Source of the DNA: Ptychomitrium polyphyllum
Taxonomy: Eukaryota
DNA length: 64,000 nucleotides
Assembly (NCBI GenBank): GCA_973851085.1
Contig: OZ316775.1
Location: 9,610,001 to 9,674,000, forward strand
Direction of reading: 5' to 3'
Part shown: positions 1 through 11,953 of the stretch, one piece after another
Layout of the letters: every line of letters starts with the position of its first letter
How positions within the stretch are numbered: the first letter of the stretch is position 1
Made by a program: the position numbers and the translations under genes
Notes under the pieces: generated by a model
What the model was told of the DNA's origin: nothing
The model's input: only the letters and a program-made list of their open reading frames with translations
The model's database searches: none

Positions 1-323
1 TCACGGTTTTCCTTATCAATGTACATTCAGTCCTCTTGAATGCAAGGAATCAAGGATACAAGTTTTCATCGGTGCTAGTCGAGGCCCTGGAGCTCCAAAC
101 TCCACCGCTGCAGCTCTGTCGTGAAGATGGGAATGTTTCGAGTAGCGCAACGAGGACTGCCAGTGCGACTGCCGAGTGTACCTTAATAAGGAAAATGACG
201 AGGCAGACCCTCATTTCATTGAATGAGAACCTGTCTCACGGTTTTCCCTATCGTGGTACACTCAATCTTCTTGTGTGCAATGACTCAAGGATACAAGTTC
301 TCAACAATGCTGGTCGAGGCCCT
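1..323. repeat. Diverged direct repeat, two ~88-bp copies (1-88 and 236-323)
   Basis: tcacggttttccttatc...tcaaggatacaagttttca...gctagtcgaggccct at 1-88 aligns without gaps to tcacggttttccctatc...tcaaggatacaagttctca...gctggtcgaggccct at 236-323. The first copy may extend beyond the window edge. Confidence 0.8.
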
Positions 324-1041
324 TCAATTCCCCAACTCTACTGCTATCGACGTGACGAGGAAAGATTTTGTTCAAACCTTCGTACTGGATTTCCAATCTA
401 GGTGCACACTACTTTGTCTAATTCCAGGCTTTTCGAACATGAGTTGTGGAAGTCAGCTTCATGAAGTGATCTGCCTGTAAAGACCGCTGATGCATATTTA
501 TATTCAAAATTCTGGGAGTGAGCAGGTGCTGAAGGAAGCGTCGTTTAACAGAGTGACGTATCCTGTGAGCACCAAATCGCCATGTCGAATCGGCGGATCG
601 TAAACGTCAGCAAAAAAAGCGAGATTTGGGGAGACGTGAGTGATACCTGTGTAGTAAGTACTAATAAGTATCTAGAATTTCGAATTAATATACACGTACC
701 TAGAACTACGGAATCAGAAGTTCATGTGTCTTCTCCGCAAATAGAAGTAGAAATTGCGGAAAAGCTAAGTTACATTATCAGACTTGAGTTAAACCCTGAG
801 ACATGTACCCTATCGTAAGTTAGAATGAAACAAAGAATGAAATGACAAATCTCACCCCACAGTACCTACGCACTTGCCACTGATAATCTGTTACAGAAGA
901 GTGTCAAGCTCCTCCACTATGCGAATCCTACTATGTACACGAGCTGGACATGTGAAAAAAATTAAATTAGTAATAAAATATGGTTTGTATTTGCAACATC
1001 GAATGTGTTTTCTCAAAACCTTGACGAAAATGGTTGAAGAT

Positions 1042-2430
1042 CTACTTGTGAAATCCAAGCTCATCCAGACTATCTGGAAGCGGTTTCAGTGCATTAGCAT
1101 TTCCTTTTGCTTTGTAGTCCACAATCGCACGCATTCGATTGTACTTGTCTGGATGATAATTCACATGAACTGTCACAGGTTTATATTCCGAAAAGGCTTC
1201 CTCCTTCCAAAGTGTTTTGAACAACACCATGCTGTTCAGGAACAGGAGAAAATCCAGCACTTGTCGAGGTGCGTGGAGGCTAGCTTAACCAGGATGCGAG
1301 GGGTTGAAAAGCTCCGCGTTGAGGTCTGGTTAGTCCGAGACCTTTTCCTTAGCTCGTTTTGCAGTTACTCGGTCAAAGCAGCTCTACTGAGGGGGCTGTA
1401 TATCGAATATAAAAGAGTCCTGAATTGAACATTTAGATCCGCATGGTGCGTGCGTAGCGTGACCAACCCATAGTACGGTCTTCCGAAACATCATCATACC
1501 CGTAGGCTGTTACATTATCGAATCCGTCTGTCATACATCACAACCTCTGTGCAGACTCTTGAACGGGTTTTGAAGGTAAACGATGTCGACGTCAGTGAGG
1601 AGTACACTGTACCCCAGCACTAGAAATTCTCGCAGAAGGTGAAACTACAAACTTGGCATCAAAATAATGGCGCTCAAATTAAAATAGCCTTTTGAAGTGG
1701 CAAAGATAAACATGAAAATGCACGCCTCGGAGATTGAACCAATTTATGGCAAGGATTGAGACATGAACAAAAGCTAGGTTGGTAACCTGAAATAGCATGA
1801 TTGTCACCTACGCCAGCCTGTGATTTTGAAATCGTAAGCATCCCGTGATGTGTAGACAGGCACATCGTGATCTGTACATAATTTGGTAATCTCATCATCT
1901 AATGCAACTATCATGAAATTCGTCACGCCCACTCGTTGGATATTCTCAAACAATGTCTATGGAGGTTTGGCAAAGAGAAGGCGTGAGAACACGATAATCA
2001 AGTGGATCACAAAATATTACAGAAGAATTAACCACACATCTTCTGCATCATGCTTTAGAGTTAAACATTAGGCAACAGCCAACAACCAGATCGGCAGACC
2101 ATTACTTGGAGCATATCTCGGGCATTGTTGCTCGAGATGCTGACAATCAGCTCTCCATTAACAGCAATCTTCTTTTGAAGTGCAGCAAGCCGAGGATTGA
2201 CTGATTCGTCCACTTGCACCTTCTGATTTGGTCGTGTGCTTTTCACAGTGCCAACAGGCCCTACCTTAACTTCGAGTGATCATGCCTCCAGCTGCTTTAC
2301 TGCTGCGGTTTTCTCTTGCTCCAGCACGTCGTTCTATAATCTGAAATGATTCAGTTCCTTGTTTTCCTTCTCAAGTGGCTGGACCTCCCATTCGAGCGTC
2401 ACCACGATTAATTCGAAGCACCATACTCCA
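1042..2430 (-). pseudogene. RRA-type extensin arabinosyltransferase (GT77, nucleotide-diphospho-sugar transferase) pseudogene
   Basis: Minus-strand translation gives family motifs in order: [62 protein letters not shown] (DxD), [34 protein letters not shown]. It is disrupted by in-frame stops (2334-2336, 2280-2282, 1433-1435) and frameshifts (near 1537 and near 1377). Introns are retained. The 5' exon was not resolved. Confidence 0.88.
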
Positions 2431-5400
2431 CTGTCCAGCTACATGACCGAAAAGATGCAACAGTTGAACGTAATCATATACACCTAACAAGATATGAAAC
2501 TAGTTTCGCAAGCGGATGAGAAATGACAATGAGGGTCCAAAGACTACTAAAATAAGTATGAAGACCAATTAGCAGTCTATTACAGCATACTGGTAATCGT
2601 TACTGGTAATCTGGAGAACTGCCATGCACTTTGGAATGTTTGCATTACATACATGGCTCACCCAAGTCCATGTTGTTGAATCAAAGTTGAGAGAGTGGTA
2701 ATGAAATACTGGTGATGACAACATCCGTTTGAATGAGGACTAAACTACTCAATTCCAGTACCAGAGTAATAAAATAGAACTGTCTAACGTAATTTGTTAA
2801 CTGCTTTCTCGATTGAGCATGCTCAACTGCTTTCTTGAAAGTGATGTCCTTAAATATCATGAATGAGCTACTCGTTTAATCCATGATGTTTGCATTCACT
2901 TCTACAGAAACTTACATATACTGGAAATAAAAAATTCAGCTTAATTTACATGAGTGAGTTATTACCGCCTTCTGGAATGCTGGGGAGCAAGAAGTTCGTA
3001 GCAGAGCTGTTTAATGAAGCTTGAAGAAACACATATCCAAAACCGCCAATGCACCACCTGAAAACGTCTGTTTCTGTAGTGTGAGGCGGAAACTTTGCCT
3101 GGGTTTAAGGGTTATCGATTCACTAGTGGTGGGTCTTGTGGATGATGTCGACCTCCATGTTGTAGGCGATCCACATTTTGTCACTTTCACAGTTTAGTAG
3201 TGCAAAGCAATCACAAGCTTATCAGATGGCTTCACAAATGCAGAGCAAGCTCTTGTAAATTGAAATCTCTACTGTTATGGGCCAGGTTGTTGTTGCAACG
3301 ATGCAACAGAGCCAAAACTTTTGTTCAAAGAGTTTTGAGATTTATGTGAAATTTTTTAATTGCATGCACCCCAGCTAAATTGTGTTGTGGACGAAGACGC
3401 TCTGCCTTGGAAGTTCGAGTTGGTACGAGTCCAATTTTTTTCCATCCATGACTAGTTTGAACGTCTGAACGTCAACACAAGTTTAAAGGTGAGCATTATG
3501 ACCTACTTGCACAACATATGCATGTCTTTTGTAGAATCCTGCTTTTTATGCATATCATTCTTAAAGGAATGTGAAGAATTATCAAATCAATTCAGCATAA
3601 GGAGCTTGTAAGCTGTTATGGAAGACAAAAGTGCAATGTCAAATGCGTTCATTCACAAAGTCTGATAGTAGGATTGCTGATAACAATGTCCATTCCATTA
3701 AGGATCATTTAACTACAAGAACGGTAAATTCAAAACTTAAACTCCTGTCTGCACTAATATAAATTTTGAACTGCTTTCACGAAAGTGACTTCAGTTACCG
3801 GCATCATGAACGAGTCAGCCCTCTTGCAGACAGATCTACTTTAAAATGGCATATTCAATGAGTAGCTTTATTACTTACTGTCTCGAACACACAAGCCACC
3901 CATGAAAAGGGTTGCCAACGTTAATGTTCCAGCTGCTCTCCTCTCTGGTCCCTCCTTGCCTATTTACTGTACATCTACAATCACTCGTCAAAACCTCCAA
4001 TTCCACAAAAGCTAAGGCAACTGCACTTCCGAATAATTTTGAATCAACATACCCGGTGTGTCTGGATGATGTCGTCCGCCTTTCACAGCAGACTATCCAC
4101 AGATTCTTATCCAGCTTTATTGATCGTAAATCCACCATCATTCTCCTCTTGAAGATCACCTTCACATTATGGTTGCTCCAATACCATCATTTACTGGAGA
4201 GGAGTATTGCCGTAATGTATCTCATGGCTTAACTTGTCTTGAGGTTGTATTAAGAGTTTTGGTCTTCAGTTCAGTAGAGGATTGGATTTAGAGACAATCT
4301 TTTGCTCCGTCTTAGATTGAATGCCAAGTCTACTAAGTTTCCCGGGTCTTCGATGAGCCAGAGATTGTGCAGACGTCTGCCGAAGTTGCTAGTTGATCAC
4401 TTGAGTGAATATTGTACATGTTATATTCATGGTGGATTCATGAGGATTCCACTACTTAGAGTAAATAGCCTGCATCTAATTTATCAGTTCCATGCTATAT
4501 ACAATTGGTTATGAACTTAGGACAGGGAGTGGTACTGTATATCCAAGCAACCAGATTAATCAAGCGGATTTTCACAAGCTTCATAGCATTCATGTTACTT
4601 TTTGAGCCTGATAAAGTGAACCATAGATTCAGATAAAACCAATTTCCCTTGCTTGTGGTTGCATTGTTGAAACTTAAGACATCGGAGTAATTTCATCCTC
4701 TTTACTTCAGAAAAGGGATAAGTGATTCAAGGTGTATGCATTAACATATGTTGGTATTAAAGTATGTGCTCCAATCTTAAGCACAAACAGTATGAAGGAG
4801 GTAGGGTCCCTAGTGAAATCATGATTCTAGACTGTTACACATTGGAATCAGTAGAGAGTTTCAGATGAACTGTCAGACTTTAAAAGACAACAAAAGGTTG
4901 CCTTCATTTTCGATGCTTACTTCTGCACGTTGTAAATAGTTCTATGAAGGACAGGTAGAATGTTGGCAAGGGGGAATATCAAGAGTTATGACCTTGTTCT
5001 GTTTGCAGCATGTTTTCCAACCTATTTGTCTCCGGGCAGTTCTGCAGATCGTCATACGATAGTTGTTTCGAGGCGTTCGTGTCCATATACTTTAGGTCCC
5101 AATTAAAGAACTTTATCCATTGGAATGCTGGTCTATGTCAAAATAATATTTAGTGTCATCAACTCAAAAAATCTTGTCATGATCCTAAACGTAAGCCGCC
5201 ATACTAGTATCTCAATACTAGACGTGCAAGATGCATTCTGAACTGTTTACAGATAAGTGATTTACAATGATAATAAATATCATACGATATTAGATACCAC
5301 TTTTAATGTAGTGAGGTACTTAAGTGATATCATTCAACTGTCACATTTGCAGACCAAATCTTTTTTGGTTTTTGCATTCTTTCATTTAAATTAGGAGAAA

Positions 5401-8400
5401 GAATTGTTTAACAGTACAAGGAAATCCATGACAATAATCACGACACTCAATTGCTGTTGTGTAGAAAGCTATCTTGTCGTCCACGAGTGCTGCCAAAATA
5501 AACCAGTAACTAACAAGCTGACTTTGAATTCAAGTTACAGATACAGCCGCAATGTGTCTTGTGGGGTGCATTACAAAACCTCAGATTCTTACAACCTGCA
5601 TGCACCGATTCAAAAAAATGCATTATTAAGTTGTACTTTTGAGTATCTTTTGGTGTGCATGTAAAAAAGAATGAAAGCTATAGATTTATTATTAAAGTTC
5701 TATCTGTGTGGTTAGATTCACCGATGCTATCATCAATGCTCTGATATGAAATTTGAAACATACAAATAAAATTGAATTTCTGAATTTGATTACAAAACGT
5801 TTTTTTTATATTCTTTTACATTAAATTGTTGGTGTAAGTTTGAAATGAGATACTTTTAATGTTGTGATTTTGAAATTTTTGTGATGCTTAAATTGATATC
5901 CTCATTGACTTTGGTTCAAAGTAAATTTGACTTTGGTCAAATTTTTATGTACTTATTTATTTGTATTTTTAGTAATACATATAAATTCTAGTAATATAAA
6001 ATTTAACCATTGTTCAAGATAATAACCGGATGAATTCAAAATGGGTTACTTAGAAATTACAATACCATATGAACATACTTCCAATTCCAAAGTTATCTTT
6101 ATAAAATTTTGACGTTCTTTTGTAATTTATCTTTGAAGATAATCCAAAATATTCAAATCACAAAAAATGAATTTGAGGATGATATTGGTGTCTTGTATTG
6201 CCAATACAAAGTTGTATAACAAGGTTTGTTGGCATGGTATGTTTTTTACATAGTTACATGCAATTCCTTCACATTGATGGCTACTTATAAGCTTCTAATA
6301 AGCTTTCAATCACTATTGAAAGCATAGATGAAGAATAAATTTTAACTTCATTTATAATTAGTTTTTCACATAGATTCCAAAATAGAAAGTAGTCCTAGCA
6401 CTAGCTCTAGAATGCTACAAAATCCTAGAAAAAAACTATAAGACATATGCCCACAGGGGGACCATTCGAAAAAAATCACAAAGCCATATGTGCTGGTTTA
6501 CTCAATCACGGTAGAGTAGCACAAAATTAATTACCCAAAAGTGACCAAGATCCAAATCTACCCACGTGTTGAACAATTCTAGACTCTGGTCCTAAATCTA
6601 CTACCGGCCAACATGTGGGCGCTTTTAGATCCTCACCACTTCTTCCCGGTTCTACTTTACTTTAAAGCCCAGCCGGGAACAAAGGAGCGTCCAGGCAACA
6701 CTCACAAGATCCTCAGAAATGAGCAAGTTGTCCAGTAGCACAGGAACAAACTGAACGGCGGCTTTTTAAATTCCAAATTCCTAAAAATGAAGAACAGATT
6801 TTCCAGCATGACGTCAGCGTGAATGCTCAGCGGCTTACTGCTAGACATGTTGTTGGTTCCACTTCACATGCAATATATCTTTCATTTGCAGCTCAAAAGA
6901 GGAAAAATCCGCACAACTAGGGTACGGTCACGGCGTACAGTGGCAACTCACCGCAAGTGCACCGCAAGGCTGCACTGGGCCATACCGTAACTTGACAAGA
7001 AATATAACCGTTACCATGCAGGGGGAAATTTGTGGAAACCACCCTCGAGCGAGGTGACAATAGCGTGCGAGCATATGCTCCGGCTAATCCGCGGAATTAG
7101 GCCGCTCACCCGGATCGCTTCATCGCCCCTTGATCAGCGGGAACTTGTCTGTGCCAATGGCGTCCTCCCAGTGGAACACGCTCCCGCGTTTGGTGCCCCA
7201 CATCCATCCACCGAGGCTTCACGCTGCAAGCACACGGTAGCCATGATACCAATATTGTACTTTCGCCAAAAAGTAAAAGTAAAAGTCCATCGACTGCCGT
7301 GCACACACCATCGATGAAGATTCGCAGGCTGCTGTCGGCAATCAGGTCGAGTGTGATCATTCCCGGTGATAATCATCAGCACTGGCTGGATCAGTCCCTT
7401 TCACTGAGGCATCGAAAAAGCCAGTGTGGGCGAAATGATGAGCGGCTAATGATGGTTGGAATGGGAGTTCATGATATTCTACCTTGTGAAGGAAGTCCAT
7501 GACATTCTCCTACCACCTGGCAGTGGAGTAACTCCATCAGCAAAAAAGTTTGATCACAACCTTGATCAGCTGAAGATCGAGCGAGTCCAGGCCTTGATGC
7601 CATGACGAGAACTGGTGAAGGATGGTATGAATGGCAGAAGTGGGCTGAGAAGGAGGAACAGTAACTGTAACGAAGGTGAGAGAGAGATAGAGCAGGGGGA
7701 GAGGGAGGAGAGAGATAAGTCAGGTAAGTGAGCTGGGCTGTGTTGGGTGGGGATGATGAAACCCTAACGGAGTGGGAGGCTGTGAGACAGAGACACAGCG
7801 AGACTGGACTGACAACCAGGTTTTGTTATGTTCCTGCCTGGCGGGAACCGCAAAATATTGCGCCACCATCGCCGCTGGCGGTGAGCGCCCTCAGGAACTT
7901 ACCACGCTCTTATTAAAGCCTTCCCAGCTCCGCTCCCACTCTGCACTCCATTGCACCAGTCTGCTTTGCAAAGCGAAGGTGGGTCGTTAGTTGCTCTGTG
8001 GTCTCCTAGCAACTGTTCTTGTTCTTCAGATCTGTTTTTTGCACTTAGTCTGTGTATTTGCATTCGTACATCAGCGAGTGAGGTAGGTGGGGTCTTTTCG
8101 TATCCGATTCTATGTCGCTGTCAGTGGGTACAGAGGTTGTTTCCTGAGCGTGAGTGAGTAGCGTGACCTTTTTTTAAGTGTGTGCATTGCAGATCTTCGC
8201 TGGTTTTTGGCCATGCTGTGTCCTGGTGTTGTGAGGACTTTGGGAGCTTTGCTTATCTGGTAATGTGTTATGTTGTGCAGGGGCTTGAAGCGAGGAGCGA
8301 TCGCATTGTCCTGTTCGGAGCCGGTCTTTTCTCTATTGGGTTGATTTCATTGTCGGATCTCTCTTTGAGGGTGCCTTCGGCTATTAAGTATGTTACTCTT

Positions 8401-8640
8401 TTCTCTTTGCGTATTCTCTGAGAGTGGGTATGCGTTTAGGACGGTTTTTCTTTATCGATATTTGCGTCTTTGCTTAAGGAGCGTTTCTGAGAGGAAGATC
8501 TTGTTTCCGTCATGGTGTCGCTTTGTCCTCTTATTGGCGTTTTTGTTGTGAGTGCTACCACTTTGTAAGTTTGGGCAGTTTGTCAGCGATAGTCTGCCGT
8601 TGTTGAAGCTTTGAGCTTGCTTCTCTGAATATAGGTAGAG

Positions 8641-10482
8641 ATGACGAGCTTTCTGAAGAAAAGCGGCAGTAAGGCTGGTAGCCGCAACCTGGATATACCC
8701 AGCACGCCGGAAGAAGAGCAGACGAAGGTAAATCTTAGTCTCAGTTGGTCACTTTCATAGAACTGCCAGCTTTGGTACAATACGATTACCCGTTAAACGG
8801 AACGATAGCGAGGCAGACGCTTAGTCCTTGAAGGCGCCATTGCTCAAGAGGAAAGTGTGAAATATTGTGTTTCTTGATCTCGTCACATCCAAGCTTCACC
8901 TGTCGTCACGTGAGAGCGTGGAGCCGGGTTGGCATTGGACACTTCGCATCTTTAAGTGTTATATGTTCATCAAGCATTTGAAAGTGTGCCGTTTGTCTCC
9001 TGCAGGTTTCTGAGCTCCGAGCAGCTATTGGACCGCTGTCTGGTCGTCTAGAGAAATTTGCTGATGATGCTTGTTTGAAGCGCTATTTGAGGGCCCGCGA
9101 CTGGAACCTCAAGAACTCTGAGAAGATGTTGAAGGAAAGTTTGGCATGGAGGGAGAGCTATAAGCCTGAAGATATTCGCTGGGTGAGTTTTTGACCAATG
9201 ATTTTGGGTCTTCGCTAGAATGTAAGGAAGTGGAAATTTTTCATCTTATTATGCTTGTTTATGTTTCTGTAGTTATATTGTTCCGAACGTTTCGGCGAGT
9301 GGTCTTCCGCGATATACAGGCACCAGAGAGATCATGACGTAGTTTTGTCTTACGCAGAGTGATATTGCGGGAGAATCAGAAAGTGGAAAAGTCTATCGAG
9401 CGAACGTGAAAGGCAAGAAGGGGCACACTGTCGTTGTGATGCATCCTGGTCGACAGGTTATACTCTCTCCATTTGAGTTTTTATTCTCACTGTTATTGAA
9501 GTTGATTTTGTTTTTGTTAGTGTTGTAATCTATTCTGATGGCAAGTAATAACGGGTTTGTTCTCTTAATCTTGATTGCTTCAGAACTCAAGCAATGGTGC
9601 AATGCAAATTAAGCAGCTGGTATATTTTCTGGAGAATGCAATTTTGAACCTACCTGACGGTCAAGAGCAGATGATCTGGCTAATTGACTACGTAGGCTGG
9701 ACTATGAAAAACACCAGCCCTCTGAGTGTTGTACGCGAAACAGCCAACATTCTGCAGAATCACTACCCTGAGCGTCTGCATGTTGCCATTATGTACAACC
9801 CTCCACGTCTATTCGAGGCTGTCTGGAAGGTGAGCTAGAACTATCGTATTTAGAGCACTGTGTATTGATAAATACGTGTTTAAGGATAAACTCGTTTCAA
9901 ATGTTCTTAGCCACTTTCTGAACTGTGCAGATCGTGAAGCCATTCCTTGACCCCAAGACTTTCCGCAAGGTTAAGTTTGTATACTCCAAGAACGCTGAGT
10001 CTCAGAAGATTCTGACTGAACTCTTCGAAGAGGGTGCTGTCAAGGGCATTTTTGAGGGCCAGAATGATTACAATTTTGAAGAATACGCTAAGTTGATGCA
10101 GGAAGATGACTTAAAGTCTGCTTTGTTCTGGAAGGTAGCTGGCGAAAATAAGGTAGAACAAGCTGAGGTTCAAAGTACAACTGATTCGAAAGTTGGTGAT
10201 TCAAAGAGTGTAGAGGCCCCTTCACGGGAGGTTCCGGCAGCAGAAGCGGCGGTAGGAGAAGCTCCACCAGCAGCAGCTTCAGTGGCAGAATTATCTAGGG
10301 AGGTACCTGTTTCAGAGTCTTCTGTTGCGGTAGCTGCCTTGGCTGAAGAAGCACCGAAAGCAGAGTCTCCTGTACCAGAATCTGTATTGGAAACAGCTCC
10401 GGTAGCAGAAGCATCAGTAGCAGAACCTCAAGTGACAGAAGCATCGAAAGTTGAAGTTCCTGTTGTTGCCCCTGTTTCTTAA
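8641..10482 (+). CDS. Sec14/CRAL-TRIO lipid-binding (phosphatidylinositol transfer-like) protein, 386 aa
   Basis: Five GT-AG exons in consistent phase: 8641-8727, 9006-9182, 9358-9456, 9584-9829, 9931-10482. Motifs: DDACLKRYLRARDWN (CRAL-TRIO N), LVYFLENAILNLPDGQEQMIWLID, LQNHYPERL, YNPPRLFEAVWKIVKPFLDPKTFRKVKFVY. The C-terminal tail is Ala/Glu/Val/Pro-rich. Confidence 0.95.
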
Positions 10483-11953
10483 GGGAAACTACCTTCTCAA
10501 GTTACCATTTTTGAAGACAAGCTTCAACTGCTTTGGCTTGGTGAAGAGGCGTAGCGCACATTTGTAATATGGAGTTTTGATCGGGAAGGACCTGTATCAT
10601 CAAAAATAGAATGACCTCAATGGGAGGATTAATTTGTGTAGAACTTTATTTTAAACTTATTTTTAGGTCTTTACTGCGAATTTGACTCTGATTGTATCTT
10701 AATAAATTTAATCACTAGCTCTTACGAGGACTTGCCCTATTTCTTCATATGTGCGTAACATGTTCAATGTTTGCATAAGTATGTGATTCTCATTCTGGCT
10801 AATCTCAATGGAACATTTTCTATGAATTAATCTCCTGTTGTCTATTAAGTTTTCGACTGATTGTTAGCCTTCCCCTTCGAAACTGATCTTATGCAAATAA
10901 CTTATCGTCTGTATGGTCCAAACACATGCTCCGTCTTGTCCCCTGAGAATCTGGACCTCTAGTGTGATGTTCTAACATCTCCTATGAAATTTCTATCGTA
11001 TGATCAGGATACCTGAACAGGAAGTTGCATTCTCCCTGCGAGTAGTAGTGAACGCTGCAACAACGAAGACCAAATTTTGAAGCGCATGCTTCGATGTGTA
11101 TCATTCATCCATCAACTCCATGATGCGTCGGTTCTACTGGCATATCTCGTAAAGCGCATGAAGAGTCGAGTGTCACTGATTATTTCCAATCTGATCCAGA
11201 TTTTCGCCTGGACTAAATCAGATATTAGACCAATCTGAAACCCGATCTCCGCTAAGACAAAACTGAAACTGCGATTCGGTGCTGTTCCTTTGCATAGCTT
11301 CATTAATATCTCTACAGGAACGAACATTTGAGCTGGCACAGATAACTTTTCCTCAGCTTACACCGAGTACGTTGCACAAATCCATCTAGGATAAAGTAAG
11401 GAGCATATGGACGACACCAAGCATCATTCATAGGAAACATTCGTGAAGAGAAGCGTGTCTCCTTTTTGAATGAAAGACCTCGATTTCAAATCGGGCTCCT
11501 TTTTCCTTTCAGGGATACTATACAAACTCACTAGAACTGAGCAGGAGTAGGAGATGCTTTTGAAAAGACGACTAAATCACGTCAGCTATATTGACCACTT
11601 CGTAGGCTCACATCTTTTACAACTCTTAGCTCAGAAACTACGTATAGCAGACAAAACGGGTGAAAAGAATCTGTAAAATTACCATGCTGAAAATATCTTC
11701 GTTGGAACCTGTAAAATTCATTCACAAACCATCTATGCACAAGAGGGTGATCAGCTCCACTCCGCAATGCAATAACCGATGCTAGTCTGCACGTTCCAAG
11801 CTAGATCCAAATATCTATGTGAATACAGCTAATGTACATAGATGAGGACCTACACTGTTTGGTTTGAACCATGCCAATTGCAAGCACCCTCTTTTGTATA
11901 GAAGTCCTCTGCAGACAACGGATTGTGTAAACAAGCCCCATTTTTGCCACTGT

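Noticed and set aside
874..1428. 184-aa plus-strand ORF
   Set aside because: It lies antisense to the RRA pseudogene, has a non-ATG start and shows no protein-like features.
3875..4400. Coding-like stretch with ~100-aa ORFs on both strands
   Set aside because: No recognisable family and no consistent exon chain. It may be a decayed gene but I cannot support that.
6370..6440. CTAG-rich tract resembling an LTR fragment
   Set aside because: I could not find TG...CA ends, a PBS, a PPT or a second copy in the window.
7320..7660. TGATGA/CTGA boxes suggesting C/D snoRNAs
   Set aside because: I could not identify terminal stems or an rRNA-complementary guide by eye. An Infernal/Rfam or snoscan run would decide.
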